Part shown: one piece after another, positions 9,466-17,398 of the stretch
Position numbering within the stretch: the stretch's first letter is position 1
How the letters are laid out: each line of letters begins with the position of its first letter
DNA from: Candidatus Aminicenantales bacterium
GTDB lineage: Bacteria > Acidobacteriota > Aminicenantia > Aminicenantales > Saccharicenantaceae
DNA: 64,000 nucleotides
Direction of reading: 5' to 3'
NCBI GenBank assembly: GCA_049512315.1
Contig: JBEKXF010000011.1
Span: 30,180 to 94,179 of the forward strand
Notes under the pieces: model-generated
What the model was told of the DNA's origin: nothing
Database searches by the model: none
The model's input: only the letters and a program-made list of their open reading frames with translations
Made by a program: the position numbers and the translations under genes

Positions 9466-9758
9466 TTCCGCTCCTCCACCATGACGATGCACTTGGCGGG
9501 ACATTCCTCGGCGCAGATGCCGCAGCCCTTGCAGTAGTCGTAGTCCACGACTGGCCATTCGTCGACGATGTCGATCGACGGTTCGGGGCAGAACTTCCAG
9601 CAGATGCCGCACTTGAGGCACTTAGACAGGTCGATCTCGGGCCGGATGTTCCGCCAGGCGCCCGTCAAGTTATGGGTTTGACTGCCGATGGAGATGACCA
9701 TGGTCGGCATCTCCTCGGCCGACTTGAAAACGATCTTTTTAGCTTTCTTTTCCCTCAT
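9462..9758 (-). CDS. porD: pyruvate:ferredoxin oxidoreductase delta subunit (2x[4Fe-4S] ferredoxin)
   Basis: 98 aa with two CxxCxxCxxxCP motifs (CLKCGICWKFCP; CKGCGICAEECP). Confidence 0.85.
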   Translation of the reverse strand: MREKKAKKIVFKSAEEMPTMVISIGSQTHNLTGAWRNIRPEIDLSKCLKCGICWKFCPEPSIDIVDEWPVVDYDYCKGCGICAEECPAKCIVMVEERK

Positions 9759-9771
9759 GTCTGATCCTCCC

Positions 9772-10314
9772 TCAGGCCCGCGCGTAGGCTTCCTCGGCCG
9801 CCTTGACGTTGTCCTCCGGCTTGATGGAGATGCCCTCGCGGATGGCTTGGGCCAGGGACTCGAGTTTCGTCAGGCCGAGGACCTTGATGACGGCGCCGGC
9901 GATGGCCGTGTTGACGATCGGGGCGGCCAAGCTCCCCAGCCTGTTCTTGACGGCGATTTCGGTGGCGTTGATCGTCCGGACCTTGAACTTGCCGTGGAAG
10001 GGGAAGTCCTCGGGCCGGCGGTCGCTGTTGATGATGATCGTCCCGCCCGCCTTGAGGCCGTCGGTGATGTCGATGGCCTCGACGAGGGTGGGGTCGACGA
10101 CGACGACGTGGTCGGGGGAATAGATCCGGCTCTTGTCGTAGATCGGCTTGTCGTCGATGCGGATGAAGGCGACGACGGGCGAGCCCCGCCGTTCGACGCC
10201 GAATTCGGGGTAGGCCTGGACCCAGTTGCCTTCCTTGGCGATGGCGTCGGCCAGGATCTTGGAGGCGACGACGGTGCCCTGGCCGCCGCGGCCGTGAAAT
10301 CGGATTTCGACCAT
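9772..10314 (-). CDS. porG: pyruvate:ferredoxin oxidoreductase gamma subunit
   Basis: Starts MVEIRFHGRGGQGTVVASKIL (canonical PorG N-terminus) at internal ATG 10314; track N-extension rejected. Confidence 0.85.
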   Translation of the reverse strand: MVEIRFHGRGGQGTVVASKILADAIAKEGNWVQAYPEFGVERRGSPVVAFIRIDDKPIYDKSRIYSPDHVVVVDPTLVEAIDITDGLKAGGTIIINSDRRPEDFPFHGKFKVRTINATEIAVKNRLGSLAAPIVNTAIAGAVIKVLGLTKLESLAQAIREGISIKPEDNVKAAEEAYARA

Positions 10315-10396
10315 GTCCCTCTCCTTTCCGATGTTGGATGAGGCGCTATTATATGCCCGAAGGCCCCCGGAAGGGAAGTGGTCCGGGCGCATTCCA

Positions 10397-10426
10397 TTGA
10401 CTTCCCTCTTTGGCTGAACATATAAT
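10397..10426 (+). promoter_or_regulatory. sigma70-like promoter for the peroxidase gene: -35 TTGACT (10397-10402), 18-nt spacer, -10 TATAAT (10421-10426)
   Basis: Hexamers read directly; located in 145-bp divergent intergenic region between porG and the CCP gene. Confidence 0.4.
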
Positions 10427-10537
10427 CGCGGCTGGATGAGAGATTGGACTCCCGGTTCGTGCGAAAGGGGCGTGAACCGGACAAAAAAACCCTGAGCGCT
10501 ACGCTTTTTCTATCGTTTTAACAAGAAAGGAGGGATC

Positions 10538-11614
10538 ATGTGCCGAAGAATCTGGCTGATGGTCTTGGCCGCCTGCGTGCTTCTGGCCGGCTGGGGCGTC
10601 GTCCGTGCCTCGAACGATGAGAAAGCCCCGCCGCTGACGCAGGTCAACGTACACCTTCTCGGCCCCCAGCGGCTCGGCCCCCTGCCGCCGGTCATTCACC
10701 CGCCGGGGAATCCGCCCTCAAGCCTCAAGATCCATCTGGGCAAGATGCTCTATTTCGATACCCGGCTCTCGGCAGACAACTCGGTCAGCTGTGCCACTTG
10801 CCACACCCCGGCCCTGGGCTGGTCCGACGAGGGCCCGACAAGCAAAGGGATCCACGGCCAGCTCGGCGGCCGACGGGCGCCTCCCGTCTCCAACGCCGCT
10901 TACAGCCCGCTCCAGTTCTGGGATGGGCGGTCGGCGTCCCTCGAAGACCAGGCCAAGGGGCCGATCCAGAACCCGGTCGAGATGGGCAACACGCATCAGG
11001 CCATGATCCAGACCGTGGACAAAATCTCGGGCTACGTCGAGGAGTTCAAGGCCGTGTTCGGGGAGGGCCCGATCACCGTCGATCAGGTCGCCGACGCCAT
11101 CGCCGCCTTCGAGCGCACGGTCGTCACGACCGACTCGCGTTTCGACCGCTATGCCCGCGGCGACCATCAGGCCCTGAGTTGCCTGGAGAAGGAGGGGCTG
11201 GAGATCTTCAACGGCAAGGGGCATTGTACCTCCTGCCACTGGGGCCCGTATTTCAGCGACGGACGCTTCCACAACCTCGGCGTGCCGGCCAAGGACCCCA
11301 AGAACCCCGATGTCGGGCGATATGCGGTGACGAAAGACCCGCGCGACATGGGCGCCTTCAAGACCCCCACCGTCCGCGACGCGGCCCTGCGCGCGCCCTA
11401 CCTCCACGACGGTTCGGAAAAAACGCTCCAATCCCTGATCGATTTTTACGACCGCGGCGGCGGCCGGGACCGCAACCTCGACCCGCTGATGGTCCCCCTG
11501 GGCCTGAGCCAACACGAGAAAAAAGCGCTCGTCGCCTTCATCAAGTCCCTGAACAGCCTCAACCCCGAGGTTGCAGACGTCAAGCCGATCCCGCCGGACG
11601 AGCTGATCAAGTGA
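10538..11614 (+). CDS. di-heme cytochrome c peroxidase (CCP/MauG family), periplasmic
   Basis: Signal peptide; two CxxCH heme motifs (CATCH, CTSCH); 358 aa typical for bacterial di-heme CCP/MauG; AAAGGAGGG RBS. Confidence 0.85.
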   Translation: MCRRIWLMVLAACVLLAGWGVVRASNDEKAPPLTQVNVHLLGPQRLGPLPPVIHPPGNPPSSLKIHLGKMLYFDTRLSADNSVSCATCHTPALGWSDEGPTSKGIHGQLGGRRAPPVSNAAYSPLQFWDGRSASLEDQAKGPIQNPVEMGNTHQAMIQTVDKISGYVEEFKAVFGEGPITVDQVADAIAAFERTVVTTDSRFDRYARGDHQALSCLEKEGLEIFNGKGHCTSCHWGPYFSDGRFHNLGVPAKDPKNPDVGRYAVTKDPRDMGAFKTPTVRDAALRAPYLHDGSEKTLQSLIDFYDRGGGRDRNLDPLMVPLGLSQHEKKALVAFIKSLNSLNPEVADVKPIPPDELIK

Positions 11615-11624
11615 GGAGGGAGCC

Positions 11625-12884
11625 ATGAGAAGAACCCTGACCGCAACACTGTCCGCCGTTTTCGCGCTTCTTCTCCTCAATCAGACCGCCCTGGCCATCC
11701 CGGCCTTCGCCCGGAAATACGGCTTCAACTGCAACATGTGCCACGTCGCCTTCCCCAAGCTCAACGACTGGGGCCAGCGCTTCCGGGACAACGGCTACCA
11801 GGTCCCCGGCCAGGCGGGCCTGGAAAAGACCGTCTTCGAAAACGGAATCCCCTTCGCCCTGCGGACCAACGCCGGATACTCTGTCTATAATGACGGAGCG
11901 GGCACGGCGTCTGGCTTCCATCTCTACAGCCTGGACCTGCTGGCCGCGGGCGTCCTCCACAAGAACATTTCGTTCCTCTTCGTTTACACGCCGCGGATCG
12001 ACGAGCCGGCCGCAAATTGGACGGGGCCCGGTAACGGCGACAACCCGGCCCAGCTGGCGGCCATCGAGTCGGCCAACGTGGTCTTCAGCAATATCATTCG
12101 GGACAAGCTCAACCTGCGCCTCGGCCGCTTCGAGCCGGGCTTTCAGCTCCTCAGTTCCAAGCGCTTGTACTACATCCTCCAGCCGTTCGAGATCTACGGC
12201 TTCGCCGGGACGCGGTCGAGCTTTGATTTTTCCGCCAACCACATCGGGATCGAGGCCACGGGGCGTTTCAATCCCGGCCTCAAATACGCCCTGGGCTACA
12301 TCAACGGGACCGGCGCCAACCCCGACAACAACAGGTTCAACGATCTCTACTTCGCCCTGTCCAAGACATTCGGCAAGGGGGAGGGGCAGTCGGCGGGGCA
12401 GCGCATTGGAGTCTTCGGCTATCTCGGCTGGCAGCCGACGGAGTTCGACGGCACGATCACCTCGCCCTTGGGGGATATCAATGGACACAACAACCGGAAC
12501 TTCACCCGGATCGGCGGCGACATTAGCCTGAACTGGGAAACGCTCAACCTCCAAGCCATGGCCTTCCGCGGCGTAGACGACATGGCCTTCAATATCTTCG
12601 ATCCGACGGCGGATTACACGTTCTGGGGCGGGGTCGTGGAGCTCGACTGGGCTGGCCTGGCCAATAACCGCCTGGTGGGGTCGTTGATGTACAACTGGGT
12701 CCGGCCGCCGAGCTATGATTTCGTCAACCGGATAAACGCCTATTCCGCCCTCGTGCGCTACTATCTCGGCAGCTGGTCGGCGGTGAACGTCGCCCTGCAC
12801 GCGGAGTATACCTATCGTACGGTCGGGGACCTCTACCCGGTCAAGGAGAACCTCTTCACCTTGCTCCTGGATTTTGATTTCTAG
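11625..12884 (+). CDS. putative outer-membrane beta-barrel protein with N-terminal single c-type heme-binding motif (CNMCH), hypothetical
   Basis: Signal peptide (ALLLLNQTALA), CxxCH 13 residues after predicted cleavage site, alternating-hydrophobic/aromatic beta-strand-like sequence throughout, C-terminal ...LLLDFDF ending in Phe (OMP signature); 10 nt after CCP stop with GAGGAGGG RBS. Confidence 0.6.
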   Translation: MRRTLTATLSAVFALLLLNQTALAIPAFARKYGFNCNMCHVAFPKLNDWGQRFRDNGYQVPGQAGLEKTVFENGIPFALRTNAGYSVYNDGAGTASGFHLYSLDLLAAGVLHKNISFLFVYTPRIDEPAANWTGPGNGDNPAQLAAIESANVVFSNIIRDKLNLRLGRFEPGFQLLSSKRLYYILQPFEIYGFAGTRSSFDFSANHIGIEATGRFNPGLKYALGYINGTGANPDNNRFNDLYFALSKTFGKGEGQSAGQRIGVFGYLGWQPTEFDGTITSPLGDINGHNNRNFTRIGGDISLNWETLNLQAMAFRGVDDMAFNIFDPTADYTFWGGVVELDWAGLANNRLVGSLMYNWVRPPSYDFVNRINAYSALVRYYLGSWSAVNVALHAEYTYRTVGDLYPVKENLFTLLLDFDF

Positions 12885-13753
12885 GCCGGCCCGGCGGCGG
12901 ACGGGCCCTTGACTTGCTGGGCCCGGTAGAGGTTCTTGAGCATCAGGGCGTCGGCCTCGAGGTTGGGGCTCTCGCAGATGACCAGGCCCTCGACCGCGAG
13001 GTCCCGGAGGGCCTGGATCCATTCGTCGTACCGGAAGTCCGCCTCGTCGAGGTTGAGGTGCTTAACCTCACCCTTGTCGTTGTAGTGGATTCCGGCGATG
13101 TGGATGTGGGCGTTCTTGAGCGCCCCCGCCCCGAGCTTTTTCGCGACCTTGCTGAGGACGCGGTGGAAATCCGGGTAGGAGTTGACCCGGCCCTCGCGCG
13201 CATGGATGTGGGAGAAGTCCAGGCAGGGCCGGAGGCCGTCGACCTCGCGGCAGATCTGGAGGACCTCGTCGAGCGTCCCGAACTGGGACCGTTTGCCCAT
13301 GGTCTCGACGCGGACGCTCGTGGGAAGCCGCTCGGTCCGGACGATGGACATCACGGCCGCGAGCCCGCTCTTGACGGCGGCGTAGGCCCTTTCGGGAGAG
13401 TCCTTGCCGTAAAACCCCGCGTGGAAGACGACGCTCTCCGCCCCGCACGCCGCCCCGACCCGGGCGGAGCTCAGGAGCCGCTCCTGGCTGTGGAGCCGGA
13501 TCCCCCGGTCCTCGGAGTTGAAGTTGATATAGTAGGGGGCGTGGACGCTCAGGCGGAGGCCCAGGGCCGCCGCCTTCTGGCGGATCTTGCCGGCCGTGTC
13601 GAGGCCCATTTTGACGCCCTTGACGAACTCGATCTCGAGGCCGTCGAGCCCGAGCTCCTTGATGTGGTCGAGGGCCGCGAGGGTCGAAGTGTCGGAAGCT
13701 GAAAGCGGCACGCCGGCCGTCCCGAAGAGAAGGCGCCTAGGAGCACCGGGCAT
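12881..13753 (-). CDS. xylose-isomerase-like TIM-barrel protein, AP endonuclease family 2 (endonuclease IV-like)
   Basis: Motif series resembling Nfo metal ligands ([12 protein letters not shown]; VVFHAGF; RVETMGK; CLDFSHIHA; [11 protein letters not shown]; LVICESPN); start moved to internal ATG 13753 ([14 protein letters not shown]), overlapping thiC 3' end by 17 nt. Confidence 0.65.
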   Translation of the reverse strand: MPGAPRRLLFGTAGVPLSASDTSTLAALDHIKELGLDGLEIEFVKGVKMGLDTAGKIRQKAAALGLRLSVHAPYYINFNSEDRGIRLHSQERLLSSARVGAACGAESVVFHAGFYGKDSPERAYAAVKSGLAAVMSIVRTERLPTSVRVETMGKRSQFGTLDEVLQICREVDGLRPCLDFSHIHAREGRVNSYPDFHRVLSKVAKKLGAGALKNAHIHIAGIHYNDKGEVKHLNLDEADFRYDEWIQALRDLAVEGLVICESPNLEADALMLKNLYRAQQVKGPSAAGPA

Positions 13754-15044
13754 CGGCCTCTCCGTCGGGATTGAGAAATTCGCTGACGATCCGCATGGCG
13801 CAGAATTCCCCGCACATGGAGCAGGCCTGGGTCTTCGATCTTCTCCTCTTCCGGACGGCCTCGAACTTGAGGGGGTCGATGGCCAGCTTTTTCTGGCCTT
13901 CCCAGTCCAGGCGCTTCCGGGCCCGGGACAGCTCAAGGTCCCGCTCGAGGGCGCCCGGGACGCGCTTGACGATGTCGGCGGCGTGGGCCGCGATCTTCGA
14001 GGCGATGAGCCCCTCGCGGACGTCGTCGAGCGTCGGCAGGCCGAGGTGCTCGGCAGGCGTCACGTAGCAGAGGAAATCCGCCCCCGCCGCGGCCGCCAGC
14101 GCCCCGCCGATGGCCGAGACGATGTGGTCGTAGCCGGGGGCGATGTCGGTGACGAGGGGTCCGAGCACGTAGAAGGGCGCGTCCTGGCAGAGGCGCTTCT
14201 GGAGCCGGACGTTCATCTCGACCTGGTCGAGAGGAATGTGGCCCGGGCCTTCGACCATGACCTGGACGCCCGCCTCCCGCGCGGTCCGGACGAGCTCGCC
14301 GAGGGTCAGCAGCTCCTCGATCTGGGGACGGTCGGTCGCGTCCAGGATCGATCCCGGCCGGAGCCCGTCGCCCAGGCTGAGGGTGACATCATGCCGCCGG
14401 GCAATCTCGAGAAGGCGGTCAAAGCGGGCGTAAAAGGGATTCTCCTTCCCGTTGTGGAGCATCCAGGCGAGGTGGAAGGCCCCTCCCCGGGAGACGATGT
14501 CCGCGACGCGGCCCTGCTTTTTCAGGCGGTCGACGGCCTTGAGGGTCAAGCCGCTGTGGACGGTCATGAAATCGACACCCTCCGCGGCCTGGGATTCGAT
14601 GGCCTCGAACAGGTCGTCCTCCGTGATGTCGACGATCGTGCCCCGGCGGTCGATGGCCCGGATGGCCGCCTGGTAAATGGGCACGGTCCCTAGAGGGATG
14701 GGTGTCCGCCGGAGGATCGCCCGGCGGATTTTCCTGATGTCTCCTCCCGTGCTCAGGTCCATCAGGGCGTCGGCCCCGTAATCCAGGCTGACCTTCAGTT
14801 TCTTAAGCTCGTCGTCCAGGCGGGGAAAATCACGCGACGTGCCGATGTTGACGTTGACCTTGGTCCGGAGGTTCCGGCCGATCGCCGCGGGCCGGGCGGG
14901 AGAGTGGCCGGGATTATAGGGGATGACGGCCAGGCCTTCCGAGACGAGGCCGGCCAGCGCCTCGGCGGAGATCCCCTCCGCGGCGGCGGCCTTCTTCAGG
15001 ACCCTGGTGAGGACACCTTTCCTGGCCTGCTCGACCTGCGTCAT
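13737..15044 (-). CDS. thiC: phosphomethylpyrimidine synthase ThiC
   Basis: 435 aa from internal ATG ([10 protein letters not shown]...); C-terminal [10 protein letters not shown] radical-SAM-type Cys cluster and strongly conserved ThiC core; track N-extension rejected. Confidence 0.9.
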   Translation of the reverse strand: MTQVEQARKGVLTRVLKKAAAAEGISAEALAGLVSEGLAVIPYNPGHSPARPAAIGRNLRTKVNVNIGTSRDFPRLDDELKKLKVSLDYGADALMDLSTGGDIRKIRRAILRRTPIPLGTVPIYQAAIRAIDRRGTIVDITEDDLFEAIESQAAEGVDFMTVHSGLTLKAVDRLKKQGRVADIVSRGGAFHLAWMLHNGKENPFYARFDRLLEIARRHDVTLSLGDGLRPGSILDATDRPQIEELLTLGELVRTAREAGVQVMVEGPGHIPLDQVEMNVRLQKRLCQDAPFYVLGPLVTDIAPGYDHIVSAIGGALAAAAGADFLCYVTPAEHLGLPTLDDVREGLIASKIAAHAADIVKRVPGALERDLELSRARKRLDWEGQKKLAIDPLKFEAVRKRRRSKTQACSMCGEFCAMRIVSEFLNPDGEADARCS

Positions 15045-15084
15045 GATTTGTCGCTTCCGAGAGCTTTCTCTTGAGGTAAGTTCA

Positions 15085-15113
15085 AGTATAGAGGAGGGCT
15101 CCGGGGCTGTCAA
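15085..15113 (-). promoter_or_regulatory. consensus sigma70-like promoter for thiC on minus strand: -35 TTGACA (15113-15108), 17-nt spacer, -10 TATACT (15090-15085)
   Basis: Hexamers and spacing read directly from the reverse complement; only ~40 nt between -10 and thiC ATG. Confidence 0.45.
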
Positions 15114-15129
15114 GGAAAGCGTCTCGGGA

Positions 15130-15198
15130 CAGGGGTGAGAAGCCCTCGTTTTTCTCACCTCTAAAAAGGTGATACAATGGGACCGATTTTCACCCCTG
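15130..15198 (-). other. nested stem-loop element upstream of thiC promoter (outer stem CAGGGGUG/CACCCCUG enclosing hairpin GGUGAGAA-N10-UUCUCACC)
   Basis: Inverted repeats read directly; lies upstream of the -35, so not the usual riboswitch position; no THI-box consensus found. Confidence 0.3.
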
Positions 15199-15304
15199 CA
15201 TTCATCCGGCCGGACGATTGCCACAGGGGAAAGGGGGCCGTTATCATACGGTCCTACGATGACCTCCTGACGAGATTAGTTCCATGAGGGATCCGGGTTC
15301 GCCG

Positions 15305-15802
15305 ATGAAAAAGTTCTTGAAATATTTCCTGCCGCCCCTGCTCGTGATGGCCTTCATCTTTCCCGTCGGCAACAAGGCCCTGGCGAGCAGCAAGACCTAC
15401 GAGCTCTTCATGGCGGCTTTCCGATGGGTCCTCCCGCACGCGTCCCGTCACACGGCCGGAGTAGGCTACGTCATCTTCCGGAAATCCGGACACTTCTTCA
15501 CCTACGGTTTTATGGCCTTCCTCCTGTATCGTGCTTTCCGGGGCGGGCGCGGGCCGAGATGGAACCCGGCCTGGCTCGTCCGGGCCGCGGCCGTCGCCAT
15601 CGCTTACGGGTTCGTCGATGAGCTCCTCCAGTCCTTTGTCCCGCACCGCTTCGGGAGCCCCTTCGACTGGGCGGTGGACTGCGCCGGGATCCTGCTGGCG
15701 CTGGCCCTGACGGCTTGGAGTGCCAAGAGGATGGACGAGGCGCGGGGCCCCGCCCCGGGCCCGAGCTCCCCCAGCTCCTCAACATTTTCAGGGGAGACAT
15801 GA
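15305..15802 (+). CDS. VanZ family membrane protein; C-terminal ~35 aa tail atypical (low complexity, overlaps sugar-transferase remnant)
   Basis: VanZ-like TM pattern (FLPPLLVMAFIFPVG ... GHFFTYGFMAFLLY ... VAIAYGFVDELLQSFVPHR ... AVDCAGILLALALTAW); start at MKKF preceded by GAGGGA. Confidence 0.6.
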   Translation: MKKFLKYFLPPLLVMAFIFPVGNKALASSKTYELFMAAFRWVLPHASRHTAGVGYVIFRKSGHFFTYGFMAFLLYRAFRGGRGPRWNPAWLVRAAAVAIAYGFVDELLQSFVPHRFGSPFDWAVDCAGILLALALTAWSAKRMDEARGPAPGPSSPSSSTFSGET

Positions 15803-16113
15803 GCTTCGTCGGCCCCCGGGCCCTGAGGCCGAATGAGGTCGAGGTCGGCGGCGACCCGGCGGCGAGATCGATCGAGACGATCCCCGGCTTCCGGGAGCGC
15901 CACGAGGTCCGGCCGGGGTTGACGGGCTTCACCCAGGTCTTCCTGCCGGGCGAGACGCTGAGGCGGACGAAATTCCGCTACGACCTTTTCTATATCAAGA
16001 AGATGAGCTTTTGGCTGGACCTTGAGCTCATCTTCCTCTCGTTCTGGGTCACGTTCGGTGGCAAGTGGGAATCCCGCGAGGACAAAAAAGACGGGACGCT
16101 GACCCATTATTGA
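15715..16113 (+). pseudogene. C-terminal remnant (~130 aa) of a polyprenyl-phosphate sugar phosphotransferase (bacterial sugar transferase family); N-terminal membrane and most of catalytic domain absent
   Basis: PELPQLLNIFRGDMSFVGPRALRP ... RPGLTGFTQV ... RRTKFRYDLFYIKKMSFWLDLELIFLSFW matches the conserved C-terminal block of WbaP/PglC-type transferases; frame is closed by a stop at ~15619 so no room for the rest; catalytic Asp of the DE dyad replaced (PELPQL vs DELPQL). Confidence 0.5.
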
Positions 16114-16172
16114 GCCCGGCCTGTTGGCCTCCCGGGGGGAATCTGGTAACATGATCTGAAGGACGGAGTTTC

Positions 16173-16751
16173 ATGTTCACGAAAAAATGCGCGGCCGCCG
16201 CTTTGGCCCTCGTCGCCCTGTCCGTCCCCGGCCTCCGGGCGGAAGTCCCTCCGGAGACCCGGGACCGGGCCCTGAAGGTCATCGCCGCCCTGGAGAAGCT
16301 CGAGGCGGACGTGGCCCAGCCGAAAGCCCGTGCTCCCCAAAGCTACACGGTCACCGAGAGCGACCTCAACGCCTGGATCGCCTACCGCGTCGCGACCGAG
16401 ATGGGGAAGTTCGTCAGGTCCATCGAGCTGCGCCTCCTCGATGACAACCGGGCCGAAGGGAAGATCGCGATCGATCTCAGCGGCTCGCCGGCCTCCGTGC
16501 TCCTGCCAGCGCGGGCGGACTTCTTCTTTTCGGCCCGGGGCGAAACGAAGGAGGGGAAGATCAAGATCACCATGGACAGCTTGTTCCTGGGGACCCAGCG
16601 CCTCTCTCCAGCTTTCATCGACACCGTCATCTCCGTCGTGGCGGGCCTCCAGGGGCAGCCGGCCGCGAGCCTCAAAGACTGGTCTCCGCTTCCCTACGGC
16701 ATCCGGCGGCTCCAGTCGCGTTCGGGCCGTCTCATCTGCTATTATCAATAA
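16173..16751 (+). CDS. hypothetical secreted protein
   Basis: Signal peptide MFTKKCAAAALALVALSVPGLRA; moderate-complexity sequence; overlapping opposite-strand ORF is Arg/Gly-rich shadow. Confidence 0.55.
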   Translation: MFTKKCAAAALALVALSVPGLRAEVPPETRDRALKVIAALEKLEADVAQPKARAPQSYTVTESDLNAWIAYRVATEMGKFVRSIELRLLDDNRAEGKIAIDLSGSPASVLLPARADFFFSARGETKEGKIKITMDSLFLGTQRLSPAFIDTVISVVAGLQGQPAASLKDWSPLPYGIRRLQSRSGRLICYYQ

Positions 16752-16779
16752 GGAACCTCCGGAAGCGAAGGAACCTCCC

Positions 16780-17388
16780 ATGATCCGGATCATCAGCGGA
16801 ATTTACAAAGGCCGCCGGCTCAAGCTCGTTTCGAGCCCATCGGTGCGCCCGATGCAGGACAAGGTCAAAGGCACCCTTTTCAACATCGTCCAGGACAGGC
16901 TCAAGGGGAGCATGTGCCTGGACGGTTTCTCGGGCACCGGTTCGGTCGGGCTGGAGGCGCTCAGCCGCGGCGCCGCGACGGTCGTTTTCGTCGACGAGTT
17001 CTACCCGGCCGTGAAAGTCATCAAGGCGAACGTCGAGAAGTGCGGGGCCGAGGACAAAGCCGTCGTCCTCCATCGGGAATTCAACCGGGCCGTCATCGAC
17101 CTGGCCAAAAAAGGGGTCAAGTTCGACCTCATCTTTCTCGACCCGCCCTACCGGCTGCTCGAGGAGCGCAACCCGCTCCGGGTGATAAGGAAAAGGGGCC
17201 TGCTCAAGCCGGGAGGGCTCATCGTCCTCCGCCACTTTTACAGGATCAAGCCCAAGCTCGGGGATTTCCTCCTCGAGCGGCGAGTGGCCCTGGGCGACGA
17301 TGTCCTGTTGTTTTTCGTCCAACCGGAGCGCGGCTTGCCAGGGACGGCTCAATCCATTAAAATGACGGCAGGCAGGGAAAGGATTTGA
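16780..17388 (+). CDS. rsmD: 16S rRNA (guanine966-N2)-methyltransferase RsmD
   Basis: Start MIRIISGIYKGRRL; SAM-binding LDGFSGTGSVGLEALSRGA; DPPY motif (FLDPPYRL). Confidence 0.8.
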   Translation: MIRIISGIYKGRRLKLVSSPSVRPMQDKVKGTLFNIVQDRLKGSMCLDGFSGTGSVGLEALSRGAATVVFVDEFYPAVKVIKANVEKCGAEDKAVVLHREFNRAVIDLAKKGVKFDLIFLDPPYRLLEERNPLRVIRKRGLLKPGGLIVLRHFYRIKPKLGDFLLERRVALGDDVLLFFVQPERGLPGTAQSIKMTAGRERI

Positions 17389-17398
17389 TGCCGGAATC

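Noticed and set aside
9466-9621. N-terminal extensions suggested by the ORF track for porA (9621), porG (10392), tlpA-like (7407), thiC (15224), endonuclease-IV-like (13936), pfkA (41386), BNR protein (40308), S9 peptidase (59560), hutU (25296), NHL (27498), M24 peptidase (52798), rsmD/prfA/TPM fusions (16330, 18097, 41574)
   Set aside because: Internal start codons coincide with canonical family N-termini or signal peptides, have Shine-Dalgarno sequences at 5-9 nt, and in several cases abut or overlap the upstream stop codon. The extensions are low-complexity and overlap neighbouring genes.
10455-10500. Hairpin CCGGTTC...GAACCGG followed by an A-run, considered as a terminator or tRNA-like element between porG and the peroxidase gene
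   Set aside because: The A/T run is on the wrong side of the stem for a Rho-independent terminator on either strand. No tRNA T-arm/acceptor architecture. It may simply be 5'-UTR structure of the peroxidase transcript.
15045-15260. TPP (THI-box) riboswitch upstream of thiC
   Set aside because: I searched both the leader and the upstream element for the conserved CUGAGA / ACCUGAUC / GGAUAAUGCC / AGGGAA blocks. Only generic GGGGUG and UGAGA fragments are present, and a consensus promoter leaves only ~40 nt of leader. Not callable without a covariance-model search.
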